Of a DNA stretch of 64,000 nt, positions 1 to 11,980 are shown in pieces. The position numbers and the translations under genes are program-made. Source of the DNA: Octopus sinensis (Eukaryota). The notes beneath the pieces were generated by a model. It did no database searches, was not told the DNA's origin, and saw only the letters and a program-made list of their open reading frames with translations. Each line of letters opens with the position of its first letter. Position 1 is the stretch's first letter. The stretch is from contig NC_043000.1 of NCBI RefSeq assembly GCF_006345805.1, positions 61,070,001-61,134,000 on the forward strand. The letters run 5' to 3'.

Positions 1-99
1 AAGAAGCTGATTGCACGGAAAATAGTAATGATATACAAAAGAAGTTACCGTAAAGTTGGAATCAACATTTAATTTAGGCGTGTTGTTTTTGATAATCTT

Positions 100-300
100 T
101 TATCTTTTACTTGTTTCAGTCATTGGAGTGCGGTCATGCTAGGACACCACTTTGAAGGGTTTAGTCGAACAAATTGATCCTGTAATCTTTAAAAGCCTGG
201 CGGTTATTTTATTGTCTCTTTTGTCGAACCGCTAGCTTACGCCGGCTGACAAGGGATGGTACTGGACAAATACACACACAAATACACACGCACATAGGTA
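100..300 (-). mobile_element. tRNA-derived SINE family A, 3' half, interrupted by an R4-like insertion
   Basis: Reverse complement matches the 3' half of the full copy at 6388-6830 (tail cttttacttgtttcagtca..gcggtcatgct..caccac; ..gtcgaacaaattgatcc..gccgaaccgct..). It ends in the SINE's internal CA/CATA microsatellite. Confidence 0.8.
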
Positions 301-334
301 CATACATACATACACACATACATACATACATACA

Positions 335-955
335 TAATGACCTCAATAAAATGTAAGCACAATTGACCTGATATAATGATTTGGGATAGAGAAGAGAAAC
401 TGTGTACAGTTGTGGAAATTAGCAGCCCAGCGGATGTTAACATAAAGCTGAAGATCAATGAAAAAGAGAATAGCAACGCTGAACTGTTGAGAAATCTGCA
501 GTTACTTTATCCAGATTACAAGTTTAGGTTTATACCTGTAATTACTGGGGCCCTAGGATATGTAACACACTGTCTAAATATCAACCTTGAGAAATTAGGC
601 TTCTCAAAACCAGAAAGAAGAAAGCTAATACGAAGATTGCAGATCCAATCCATCACTGGAACTGTAACAATCAGTAAAATTTTCCAAAAGTTTATCATTT
701 AAATATATATGAGCATGTCTAGATGTGCAATTATATGCATGAGAATACATACATAAAGCAAACATACAAATCTGCATACATAGATACATACATACATACA
801 TACGTACATACATGCATACATACATACATACATACATACAAAAAAATACCATGTTGTTGATGTTGAAATTCTGATGAAGGCGCCATGGATCTAGGTTAGA
901 AACCGGCTCTTTCTCTATTGGCAAGAAATCTTGAAATAAAACTGAACAATGACGT
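335..955 (+). mobile_element. 5'-truncated R4/Dong-like (restriction-like endonuclease) non-LTR retrotransposon: C-terminal RLE domain plus 3' UTR
   Basis: ORF 376-702 with its upstream codons reads KCKHN*PDIMIWDREEKLCTVVEISSPADVNIKLK...FRFIPVITGALG...LEKLGF, the PD-(D/E)xK RLE pattern of R2/R4-clade elements. A stop codon replaces the R of the RPD motif. The 3' UTR contains CATA repeats. Confidence 0.8.
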
Positions 956-964
956 ACACATATA

Positions 965-1152
965 AGTATATATAGATATATATACTACGGAATTCTTTCA
1001 GTTTCTGCCTGCCAAATCCACTTACAAAACATTTTTTCGGTCCAGGTCTATAGTAGAAGATACTTGCCCAACTTACCATGCAGTGGTACTGAATCCGGTA
1101 CAGAATCAGATTGAGAAGCAAACTTCTTACCACAAAGCCATGCCTGCGCCTA
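965..1152 (-). mobile_element. SINE family A, 5' half with tRNA-like head; partner of 100-300
   Basis: Reverse complement gives ggcgcaggcatggctttgtggtaagaagtttgcttc..., colinear with 6388-6560. Confidence 0.8.
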
Positions 1153-1359
1153 TATATAAACCAAACAACTCCTCTTGTCTCACTTTCCTTTTCCCTTTTC
1201 TCTATACACCCACATGTACACACATACGCATCAAACATACACACAAGCGCGTGGTATGTTTGTTTTGAAAATCGTACAGTATTGTGGATTGTTTTAGCAA
1301 AAGGTGTTAATTTAGTTAGCGTATAGACAAAAGTATGTCTTTGTAAATTGATTGAGGAT

Positions 1360-1890
1360 TATGTAACTGTAAGTTGGGGGCTACTATCGACCGCCAGGTG
1401 TATATTCTACGGAAAATCAGGGGAACAATTAACATTGTAACAGGATTTGTATCTTTTTTTTTTGTCATTGGCCAGCAAGAGTTATTTCCTACTTGCTAGA
1501 AATTAAAGGAAATGGTTACTATTCCCTTCAAGCTTTGCTTTTTTAACTTGGACATCGATGTTTTGAAACTGACCCATTTTCCATTACATTACAGACACAT
1601 TCAGCGCTGATATACTGAAGCAGAAATATTGTTATAGCAAATATTCTGCTCAGTACCACAAATTTGCCTGACTGATACTTGATCTAAACCACTCAAGCAT
1701 GTCCCTAAATAGTTACCAATATATGCATCTCTGATCATGAGCAGGATTAGTTGGGGAGCATCATACTCATGTGCTGAGCGAGATAAATATCGTGCAAAAT
1801 TTGAAGAAAATGTTAGCCATTTTTCACACATTCTCGGGGTAAGCAAATAGGAGATAACAGTTGCTACCCCTAAATTGTGTTACACAGTGT
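1360..1890. mobile_element. Possible decayed TIR DNA-transposon remnant
   Basis: The two ends are loosely complementary (tgtaactgtaagttggggg at ~1362; cccctaaattgtgttacacagtgta at ~1867-1890). No recognisable transposase motif. Confidence 0.3.
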
Positions 1891-2206
1891 AATTTATAAA
1901 AGCAAACAATGAAAGCCCCTCCCCACTAAACATTTTAGAGAAGTCAGTTGCAGATGCAAGCAAATTGATATGAATTACATCACATGACAAACGTTCGACT
2001 ATACTGCACTTTTACATTAAATGAAGTGCACTCCTAATAAATGAATAAAACGAAGAATATTTGAAAATTGAATACATGAAAATTAGGAAACAAAAGTAAA
2101 ATTAAAACATCATTTACTAAAATGTGCGGCAGTGGAGCAGAAATAATGAAACAAAATGGTGCTAATCAGCGTCGTCGATGAAATATAGAAGCAGAAATTA
2201 ATAACT

Positions 2207-2342
2207 TAATATATATATATATATATATATACGTGTATATGTGTGTGAGTGTGTATATATACATATATATATATATTATATATATATATATATATTATAT
2301 ATATATATATATTATATATATATATATGTATGTATATATATA

Positions 2343-2422
<80 letters not shown>

Positions 2423-2602
2423 TTATATATATACACACACATATGCATATGCATGCATGCTTTCATTCACAAGTTGAAGTATACATATACATAAATATAT
2501 ATGTGTATATGTGTGTGCATAATATATATACACATAAACCCCGCCACACACATAAATACATATACACACATACGCACGCACACAAACACGCATACACACA
2601 TC

Positions 2603-2692
<90 letters not shown>
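2207..2692. repeat. (TA)n / (CA)n / (TATC)n compound microsatellite block
   Basis: Directly visible; source of the IYIY and LSIY pseudo-ORFs. Confidence 0.97.
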
Positions 2693-3215
2693 ATCTGTAG
2701 ACATTGAAGAAGGAAGATGTATAGCATTTGAGCATTGTAAGCATACTCTGGAGGGAAATATGCTGCTCATTTAATTAAAGAGACGTGAAATTTTTGCTTC
2801 CTTATTCGTTGAACGTCTACAGTAAAACACACTTACCTATGCGAACATGCACACACATGTATTATATGATCGCATATTGAAGCTGAATGAGAAAATATTC
2901 ACGAGAGAAATAGAAATAGGTAGGTAGGTAGACAGATAGATAGATGGAGGGAGAGAAAGAGAGAGTGAGAGAGAGTGATAGAGAAGGAGAAAGAGAAAGA
3001 TGGAAGGAGGGACAAAGAGCGGGAGATAGGGAAGGAGAGAAAAGTAGGGACAAAGAGAAAACATGGGAAAACATAATTCGAATTATTATTACTAAAGTCC
3101 TCTTGATAGCTGTTTTAATTCTTGCTTCTCGTGCAGAACCAACGTTTTCAGTTAGGTATATATTATTGACAGTTGTAATGTGGATATATAGAGTTATACA
3201 ACATGTGTATCATCT

Positions 3216-3269
<54 letters not shown>

Positions 3270-3270
<1 letters not shown>

Positions 3271-6200
3271 AGGACTACCCACTATATACCAGACCACCAC
3301 AGCAAACAGACACAGGATGGACACCGCCGGCAACAACGTACACCTCACCTCGATACTCCTACTGAACATCAGAGGACTGCAAACACTCAGTAACAGGACA
3401 AAGATCCCGTTCCTGAGAGACTTTGTTGCATGCAATCAAGCCTTATGCATAGCACTTACAGAAACGCACCTGAAACCGGACATAGCAGATGCGGAGTTAC
3501 ACATACCACAGTATGCTGTACTACGGACCGACAGGAAAGAAAGGAGTCATGGAGGTGTTGCTATGTACATCCGTGAGGACCTCACACCCCAGGTCCTCTT
3601 GTCATACTCAAACTCGGTGTGTGACACACTAATTGTACATATTAGGCAACTTGATGTAGTTGTGTGTGCTACATATCGCCCTCCAGATGCCCCAAGCCAT
3701 GTGGGCAAGTTTGAAGACTGCCTTATAAAAATAGAAGAAATTCTAACCACATTAGAACAACACATAGGTGTGCTTCTTATGGGAGACTTCAATCTGCCCA
3801 ATGTCAGATGGCCCGAGGGCCTTTCTCTCCCAGGAATGACAAGATGTGAACGAGGACAGGCGAGGTCCCTCCTGAACCTCATCAACACCCTGTACATGGA
3901 GCAGGTAATACTCCAACCAACCAGGGCAGGTAACACACTGGATCTCTGCTTCACAAATGACATGGATCTCATCCATAATGTGAAAGTGACACCGACACTA
4001 CTCTCGGATCACAACATGATAGAGCTGACCATGTACGGGCCAAAAGAGAGCACGGACATGCAGCCTACAAGAAACCCTCAAAATCTTTCCAGCTTGAACT
4101 ACCATAAGGCAAACTGGAAACAAATTGAGAAAGAGATCCTCAAACAAAACTGGCCTAAATGTCTCTCCTCGCCAGACATCGACGTGAAACTTCAACAATT
4201 CATGTCTGTAATGCAAGCCATATGCTACAAATGTGTCCCAGAGAGAAAGGCCACTGTACACAAGAACAAAATCCCCAGAGAGAGGAAAATTTTAATGAGA
4301 CGGCGTACGAAATTTTCAAATCGCCTAAACAAACAGATTGAAAGCAGTGAAAAGTCCCGCCTAAAAATAAAACTGTTGGAAATCGAAAAATGTCTGCAAC
4401 TCTCCCATGAAAAAGAAAGAGCAGACAAGAAGCCTGGGCTATAGAAAACATAAAATCTAACCCCAGAGCTTTCTACAGGTATGCCAAAGAAACAGCTACA
4501 GTGCACTGTAGAATAGGGCCACTCCTCAAAAAGGATGGCACACTTACAGGAAAACCAATGAGGGTAAGTGAAATACTGAATGAGCAATTCAAGAGTGTTT
4601 TCACTCCACCCCTTGGGCATCTCCAAATCACCAATCCAACTGACTTTTTTACCACTGCAGATATAAAATCAGAGGCGGCGACGATAGATTACATCGATAT
4701 AAAGGAAGACGATGTAACCAAGGCTATAGATGAAATGAAAATAGACTCAGCTACTGGCCCCGATGGATTCCCGGCAATCCTCCTAAAAGCATGTAAGAGA
4801 GTCCTAGCAAGACCACTGCAGTTCCTCTTTCAGAGCTTCCTTGCAGCTGGCAAACTTCCAGGAAAACTGAAGGAAGGTAAAATATGCCCCATTCATAAAG
4901 GAGGTAGCAGAGCGGAAGCCAAGAACTATAGACCTATCTCTCTGACCTAACACATCAGCAAGGTCATGGAACGAATAGTCAGAAGGAAGCTGATCACCTT
5001 CCTTGAAGAGAATGACTTGCTGCCCGACACCCAACATGGTTTCCGACCAGGGAGAAGCTGTTTAACTCAGCTCCTACAACACTATGACTGGGTGCTGAAA
5101 CGGCTGCTCAACCACTCAAATGTGGAAGTGATATATCTCGACTTTGCAAAGGCCTTTGATAAGGTCGACATGGAATGATATGTCACAAACTGCGTGATCT
5201 CAACATAGTTGGAAAACTAGGAGAATGGCTTCATGACTTTCTGAAGGATAGAAGTCAGGTGGTAGTAGCCAATGGGGCCACCTCCATTAACACACAAATA
5301 GTGAGCGGTGTTCCGCAGGGCACTGTTCTGGGACCACTACTGTTCATAATGGCCCTCTCAGACATGCCCTCAGCCATGCAGAGAGCCACGATCACAAGTT
5401 ATGCAGATGATACAAAAGTTTCACAGGCAATACAGAACCCTGAGGACACTAAACACCTGCAATGTGAGCTGGACGAAATATACAAGTGGGCTGAAAAGAA
5501 TAGCATGCAGTTCAATGCTGGAAAGTTTCAAGCTTTATACTATCAGCATGCAAAACTGAATGCAATACCCAATGAATACACTGGACCGGAGGATTGCAAT
5601 CCCAGAGGCACAATCAGTGCGTGACCTGGGTATTCACATGAGTGATGACGCGACCTTTCATGTACATGTTGCTAAACTGACAATGAAATGTAGACGGCTG
5701 GCTGGATGGATTCTTAGAATCTTTAGAACAAGAGAACAAAAAACCATGATGGTCCTCTGGAACACTTGTCCTAAGCCACTTTCACTATTGCTCTCAGCTA
5801 TGGTCACCATCCAGTGTCAAGTTGATCACAGAACTTGAGGCGATCCAACGAAGCTACACAGAGAAGATAGCCTCTATGCAGAATGTAAGCTACTGGGAAA
5901 GACTCAAGAGATTAAAATTATATTCTCTGGAGCGTAGGCGGGAAAGATATGCCAAATATACATCTGGAAGATCCTGGAGAAGTGTCCTGAACTTTGGCAT
6001 CGAGAGTTACGCAATGCCAGAACTGGGCGCCACTGCGTGGTGCCTAGGACTCCAACCCTGCCATCAAGATGTAGGACAAGATTCTGTGATAGCCTGGGCT
6101 TCCGAGGCCCACAGCTCTTCAATATCCTCCCGAGAACCTGAGAGACCTGCATGGGGTGGATACAGATGTCTTTAAAATGAAGCTGGATCTCTTCCTGTCA

Positions 6201-6387
6201 GGTGTCCCAGATGACCAACTTCACGGCAGGAGGCAGATGAGGGCAGCTGCATCGAACTCTCTCATGCACCAAATAGCAGTTGCTAGAAAGCCTCCATGAA
6301 GTGAAACCAAGTAGCAACACCAAATGGCGGTGCCCCAGCATGGCCACAGCTCATAAGCTGAAACTAGAATCAATCAATCAATCAATC
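3270..6387 (+). mobile_element. CR1/L2-group LINE lacking ORF1, with near-complete but disrupted ORF2, 3' UTR and (AATC)5 tail
   Basis: APE domain (LLNIRGL..ALTETHL..GGVAMYIRE..TYRPP..GDFNLP..TRAGNTLDLCFT..SDHN). RT motifs: GPDGFP, NYRPISLT, QHGFRPGRSC, YLDFAKAFDKV, SGVPQGTVLGPLLF, YADD (5400-5411). CR1-type C-terminus YWERLKRLKLYSLERRRERY. Tail (AATC)5 at 6368-6387. Confidence 0.95.
3317..6299 (+). pseudogene. LINE ORF2 (endonuclease-reverse transcriptase) with frameshifts and a stop codon
   Basis: Pieced together from ORFs 3317-4444, 4501-4950, 4966-5178, 5175-5624, 5560-5838 and 5822-6175. In-frame TAA at 4948-4950 (LT*HISK); frameshifts near 4430, 5168, 5590, 5765, 5810 and 5960-6000. 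Confidence 0.9.
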
Positions 6388-6830
6388 ATAGGCACAGGAG
6401 TGGCTGTGTGGTAAGTAGCTGGCTTACCAACCACATGGTTCCGGGTTCAGTCCCACTGCGTGGCACCCTGGGCAATTGTCTTCTACTGTAGCCTCGGGCC
6501 GACTAAGGCCTTGTGAGTGGATTTAGTAGACGGAAACTGAAAGAAGCCCGTCGTATATATGTATATATATATTATATATATATATATATATACATATGTG
6601 TGTGTGTGTGTGTTTGTGTGTCTGTGTTTGTCTCCCCCCCCCAACTTCGCTTGACAACTGATGCTGGTGTGTTTACGTCCCCGTAACTTAGCGGTTCGGC
6701 AAAAGAGACCGACAGAATAAGTACTAGGCTTACAAAGAATAAGTCCTGGGGTCGATTTACTCGACTAAAGGCGGTGCTCCAGCATGGCCGCAGTCAAATG
6801 ACTGAAACAAGTAAAAGAGTAATAGAGTAA
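6388..6830 (+). mobile_element. Full-length tRNA-derived SINE family A with internal microsatellite and LINE-like tail
   Basis: Head ggcacaggagtggctgtgtggtaag (A-box-like tggctgtgtgg) and ggttcagtccc (B-box-like); internal (TA)/(TG) tract; 3' tail ggcggtgctccagcatggccgcagtcaaatgactgaaacaagtaaaagag. Many diverged copies occur in the window. Confidence 0.92.
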
Positions 6831-7283
6831 TATGCATATTTATGAATATATGTTGTATGTATACGCATACATTAATGCGTTCATTGACAGGGGGATAGAA
6901 CGATATAAGAAGTGTGTTAGGGAAAAATACACAACTAGAGAGATAAGTAGATTAACAGAAAAGCAGATATATATAGATATTTGTGATAATAGATTTGCGT
7001 TTCCATACTTTATACGAATAGATAAATCGATTTATAGATATAGTCATATGCATGTACATACATATATTACTGCACAACTAACTAGGCTGACGGACTGACA
7101 ATTATAAAGAGTTAGACACAATGGTCAAATATATAGATAGGTAGTTTGTTGCGTAGATATTAATATATAAATACAGACACTGCTTTGTTTTACCTCAATA
7201 CATTAGTCATCATTCTATATGAAAGAATTCCACATATGCTTTTTAACTCTCTATATATACACTTGCATGTATATATTCATACG

Positions 7284-7358
<75 letters not shown>
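7284..7358. repeat. (ATCT)n microsatellite
   Basis: Directly visible. Confidence 0.97.
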
Positions 7359-7359
<1 letters not shown>

Positions 7360-7375
7360 AAAATAAAAAAAATAA

Positions 7376-7682
7376 CATGTGACTTCATTGGCCGAGGTTA
7401 TCGTGGTCTTTTCCGTAGGCTTTTCTTTCCACGGGCAAACCTCACCTGTCCTCCCCTTTACACTTTATATTGACATTTCTGTGATAACGATCCCTATTGA
7501 TCAATTTTTTTCCTTTCCCCCCTCTTTTAAAAAAATTTACTCCCCCCTTTTTTGTCCTCTTTCTTCCCTTTTACGATCCCTTTTGATCGAAAACCAAACC
7601 CCCTTTTTTACACCCAAAAGAAAAGCTCTACCTTGTAATTTGTCCTGTCTGTGTGCAGCCCTGCGTGGCTAATAAAGAAACA
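7376..7682 (+). mobile_element. Probable retroelement 3' end with AATAAA (7671-7676), sitting in a TATC/TGTC microsatellite
   Basis: Pyrimidine-rich 3'-UTR-like segment ending ..gccctgcgtggctaataaagaaacat, flanked on both sides by tetranucleotide repeats. Family not assignable from this sequence alone. Confidence 0.4.
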
Positions 7683-8072
7683 TCTCTACCTGTCTGTCTG
7701 CCTGTCTGCCTGTCTGCCTGTCTGCCTGTCTGTCTGTCTGTCCGTCCGTCTGTCTGTATGTCTGTCTGTGTCTCTAACTAAAACAGGCTATACGTCAACA
7801 GTGAAAGTTTTATATATAAACTATATGTCGCATTGACGAGCATTAGCTTAGCGTATAAAACAGAAAGGAACAGGTGCGTCTAGTGAAATTTCAGTTAAGT
7901 ATATCTCACATTCTGAGTTTTATTGCTATAAACTCACACTCCGTAACTTTCACTTTCAAATCATATATTGTAGCGACCTTGTAACAAGAAGATCGACTGT
8001 TCTACAACTGTCTAATAATGTAAAGTATCACATTTAACTCAATGTTTATGACGAGAGAAAATCCCAAGAAAA

Positions 8073-8157
8073 AAGAAGACGAAGAAGAAGAAGAAGAAGA
8101 AGAAGAAGAAGAAGAAGAAGAAGAAGAAGAAGAAGAAGAAGAAGAAGAAGAAGAAGA
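8073..8157. repeat. (GAA)n trinucleotide tract
   Basis: Directly visible. Confidence 0.97.
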
Positions 8158-8547
8158 GTAACAAGCTATGCATTAAGTTATGATTTTAAGTATACACAAT
8201 TTTAAGATATTTACAAGCATTAACATAGCTTCTTCATTTTGAAATTTTGCGTGATGTCAATGGCAAAAATTAGTAAATATTGTTGTTTTATACAAATAAA
8301 CTATTTAAATGGTACTTATTTGATAAAATGAAGTGAGAGGAAGTATGTGAATCATTCTCGAATTTCAAATACGCATCCTCTTTCTTCATGATGTCAACGA
8401 CTTGTGGCCCAACTTGTAGTTGTTAAATTTGTGACTTGATGTTCTATAGAGGCGGAAGACCGGTGAAAGCAATACAACAATGGCATGGAAACTGACTGTA
8501 GACTTAATGCCTTAAAAATCTAAATGTATTTTTTAAATAGTAATAAC

Positions 8548-8836
<289 letters not shown>

Positions 8837-8910
8837 TGTATTATAACAAGTGCCATATCTCTGACCGTCAGGTGTCATTCTCGAACCAGAATGAGTTTTC
8901 AAGCAAAGAT

Positions 8911-9252
8911 TGGCCATGTGGTAAGAAGTTTGCTTCCTAACTACATGGTTCCGGGTTCAATCCCGATGCGTGTGTGGTCACCGTGGACAAGTGTCTTCTA
9001 CTATAGCCTAGGGCCAACAAAAGCTTAGTGAGTGGATTTGATAGACGAAAACTGATAGAAGCCCATCGCATATGTAGGCGCGCACGTGTAAATATATGTT
9101 TATATCCCCGCAACTAAGCGGATCGATAAAATAGCCCGATAGAATAAGTACCAGGCTTAGGTACTATGGCTGATTCATTTGACTAAAAATTCTTCAAGGT
9201 GTTACCCCAGCATGATCGCAGTCTAATGACTGAAACAAGTAAAATATAAAGA
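8911..9252 (+). mobile_element. SINE family A, diverged copy
   Basis: Colinear with 6388-6830 from head to tail. Confidence 0.85.
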
Positions 9253-9379
9253 ATATACAGCAATTGTGGAATTAGAAAACAATTTACAAAAACATTCATT
9301 ATCGTGAATTAAAACAATTCACTGAAACTTATTATCGTTTTGTTTATGCATGATGAAGTTTTGTCTAAGATATATTTAT

Positions 9380-9590
9380 GTGTGTGTTTATGAGCGAAAC
9401 ACCTAAGCTCCACGCGGCTCCGGCAGAAGGTATTGGCGAACTTCTGCTGACTCTTTCGCCACAACTTTCTCTCACTCTTTCCTCCTGCATCTTGCAGCGA
9501 CGGCACGTCCAGGTGGGGAACCTATACGCCAAGGAAACCGGGAAACCGGCTCTATGAGCCAGGCATGGCTCGAGAAGGAACAAATAATAT
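9380..9590 (+). mobile_element. SINE family C-like 3' portion, headless
   Basis: gagcgaaacacctaagctccacgcggctccggcag.. matches the reverse complement of 60240-60300. The tail gtccaggtgggga..gaaaccgggaaaccgg..tatgagcc matches 52385-52450. Confidence 0.7.
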
Positions 9591-9591
9591 T

Positions 9592-9628
<37 letters not shown>

Positions 9629-10080
9629 AGTTAAATGTTATTTAATTAAGCCATCTTCCGTACATTTCATTAACAGAAGATAATAGGTTACATGATGCCA
9701 ATTACTTAAGCAACATTTATGTCAAATCGTCTGAGATGTGAAACTATGGAACGTGATATTAGCCACCAGTTTGGAGATGGCTTGCGACTGTATTCAATCT
9801 GCCAGCGGAAGAATGTTATAAGGATGTCACAAAAAAATTAACATAGGACATATTACAGTGAGACAGAAAGGCGGAAGTGTGTTATTAGAAAGTCTAAGAA
9901 ATAGATGTCATCTTCCAACTGACAATTTTATTGTCTCTTCCAATGTCTTGTTTCTTTTGATGTACGTCAAGATTAGACTGCCATGAAATTTGACGACACA
10001 TATATGTTGTATGTTCAACAGTATATTATAGATATATTTAAACGTACACTCACAATATATGCTTACACATACATACATTC

Positions 10081-10124
<44 letters not shown>

Positions 10125-10384
10125 TATATATATATTATATATATAGACATTCATTCACACAGACACATGCAATTATATACAAATATAAATATATTTATAC
10201 ATACATATATATATAAATACATAGATAAATATGCATATATACATACATATATAAACTTAATAAATGCATATAGACATACACACACATATTTATAGACATA
10301 GACATGTGTGTATATGTGCGTGTAGAGAGAGGGGCAGAAAGACACAGAACAGCAGCATGTATATATCAAATTTTGCCATAAGGT

Positions 10385-10578
10385 TAGTAACTTCGGATGG
10401 AGCGGCTAAGTCGATGACATCGACCTCAGTGTTCAACTGGTACTTCTTTAATCGACCCCGAAATGATGAAAAGCAAAGTCGAATTTGGCGGAATTTGGTT
10501 TCGCAACGTAGAAAAGAACGAAATATCGCTAGGCGTTTTGCCCGGCGTGCTAACGGTACTGCCAGCTCGCCACCTTAT
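10385..10578 (-). mobile_element. tRNA-derived SINE family B (central domain resembles the V-domain)
   Basis: Diverged copy of 60807-61039; contains the reverse complement of gactttgc-tttcatc-tttcggggtcgat-aa..gtaccag. Confidence 0.8.
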
Positions 10579-11385
10579 TATTGATATCAAATATCAAATC
10601 TTGTAAGCACACTCTAATACTCTCACACACATATATACATACGTATACACATACACTCACGTACACATGGATTATATATTTATACCTGCACATACATATG
10701 TACATATGCATGTATGAAAGCATTACCTATATACACACAAAAAATCCCATCTACACACGTGTGTGTGTATACATACATATGTACATACATATTTACATAC
10801 ATACATATATACACACATATATATATATACACACACACACGTATATATATATACATACACACAAATAACCACATCTACACATGTGTGTATACATATATAT
10901 ATATACGCACACATATATATACACAAAAATAATCATAATTACATCTACATATATCTGTGTGTATACACACACACATATGCATATGAACACACGTGCAGAC
11001 ACACATATATACACATATAATATATCATTGATAATGTTTTTCTTTTATTTTCATATGAAATATCTAAAGAGACAACTTCACATCCGTTGCTTTCCAGTTT
11101 TCAAGTTTTCAGTAATGAAACGGCTTCCTTTTGTCGACTTCTTAGCTCAGGCTGCATTTTTTAAGGATTCAATGTGTTAACGTTAGTTTATAAAATCATT
11201 TACTTGATGTTTCTGTCGGCAGCATATTCGGATGTTTATATCTCTCTCCTTAGTATGTATTCATACATCATTTCGTTCATTCTTGGTTTTTTTCTTCGTC
11301 TTATTGTTGTAAGGCACCACCGTTGAATTGAGTTTTAATAAAACGAAACGTTATCTCCTCGGGTATAATGTAACGACAGTCTTCG

Positions 11386-11543
11386 TCAGGTGTGGCTGTG
11401 TGGTAGGAAGTTTGCTTCCCAACAACGTTTCCGGCTTCAGTCCCACAGCGTGGCACCTTGAACAAGTGTCTTTTATTATAACATCGGGCCGACCAAAGCA
11501 TTGTGAGCGGATTTAGTAGATGCAAAAAGAAAGAAGCCCATCG

Positions 11544-11575
<32 letters not shown>

Positions 11576-11793
11576 CTTTTGTGTCCGTGATTGTCCCTTA
11601 TTACCGCTTGACAACCGGTGTTGGTGTGATAACGTCCCCGTAACTTAAAGGTTCGGCAAAAGAGACCGATGTAATAGGTACTAGGTTTTAAAGAAAAATG
11701 GTACTGGGGTCGATTCGTTCGACTAAAATCCTTCAATGTGGTGCCCCAGCATGATCGCAGTCTGATGACTGAAACAAGTAATACATAAAAGAT
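11386..11793 (+). mobile_element. SINE family A, near full length
   Basis: Colinear with 6388-6830. Confidence 0.87.
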
Positions 11794-11799
11794 TCATTT

Positions 11800-11980
11800 A
11801 TCACCAGGAAGGGATCTGAGTTCAATTTTAGAGTTGTTGTCGTTTTTTTCCATGATCAAAGATACTGAAACAACATAGAATGCAGTGTCATGCCCATGGA
11901 CACAGCGCGCCTCCAGGAATCGAAATCATGACCTTACGATCTTGAGCCGAATACTCTAACCATTAAGCCATGCATCTTCA
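11800..11980 (-). mobile_element. Decayed tRNA-headed SINE fragment
   Basis: Reverse complement begins gaagatgcatggcttaatggttagagtattcggctcaagatcgtaaggtcatgatttcgattcc. Confidence 0.65.

Noticed and set aside
860-915. CTGATGA...GAAACCGG in the R4 3' UTR, resembling a hammerhead core
   Set aside because: No convincing stem II, the U16.1 position is C, and stem I pairing is poor.
2206-2707. ORFs such as [20 protein letters not shown] and VCVCVC, here and throughout the window
   Set aside because: They are translations of (TA)n, (TATC)n, (CA)n and (TATG)n microsatellites, which lack stops in some frames. Not genes.
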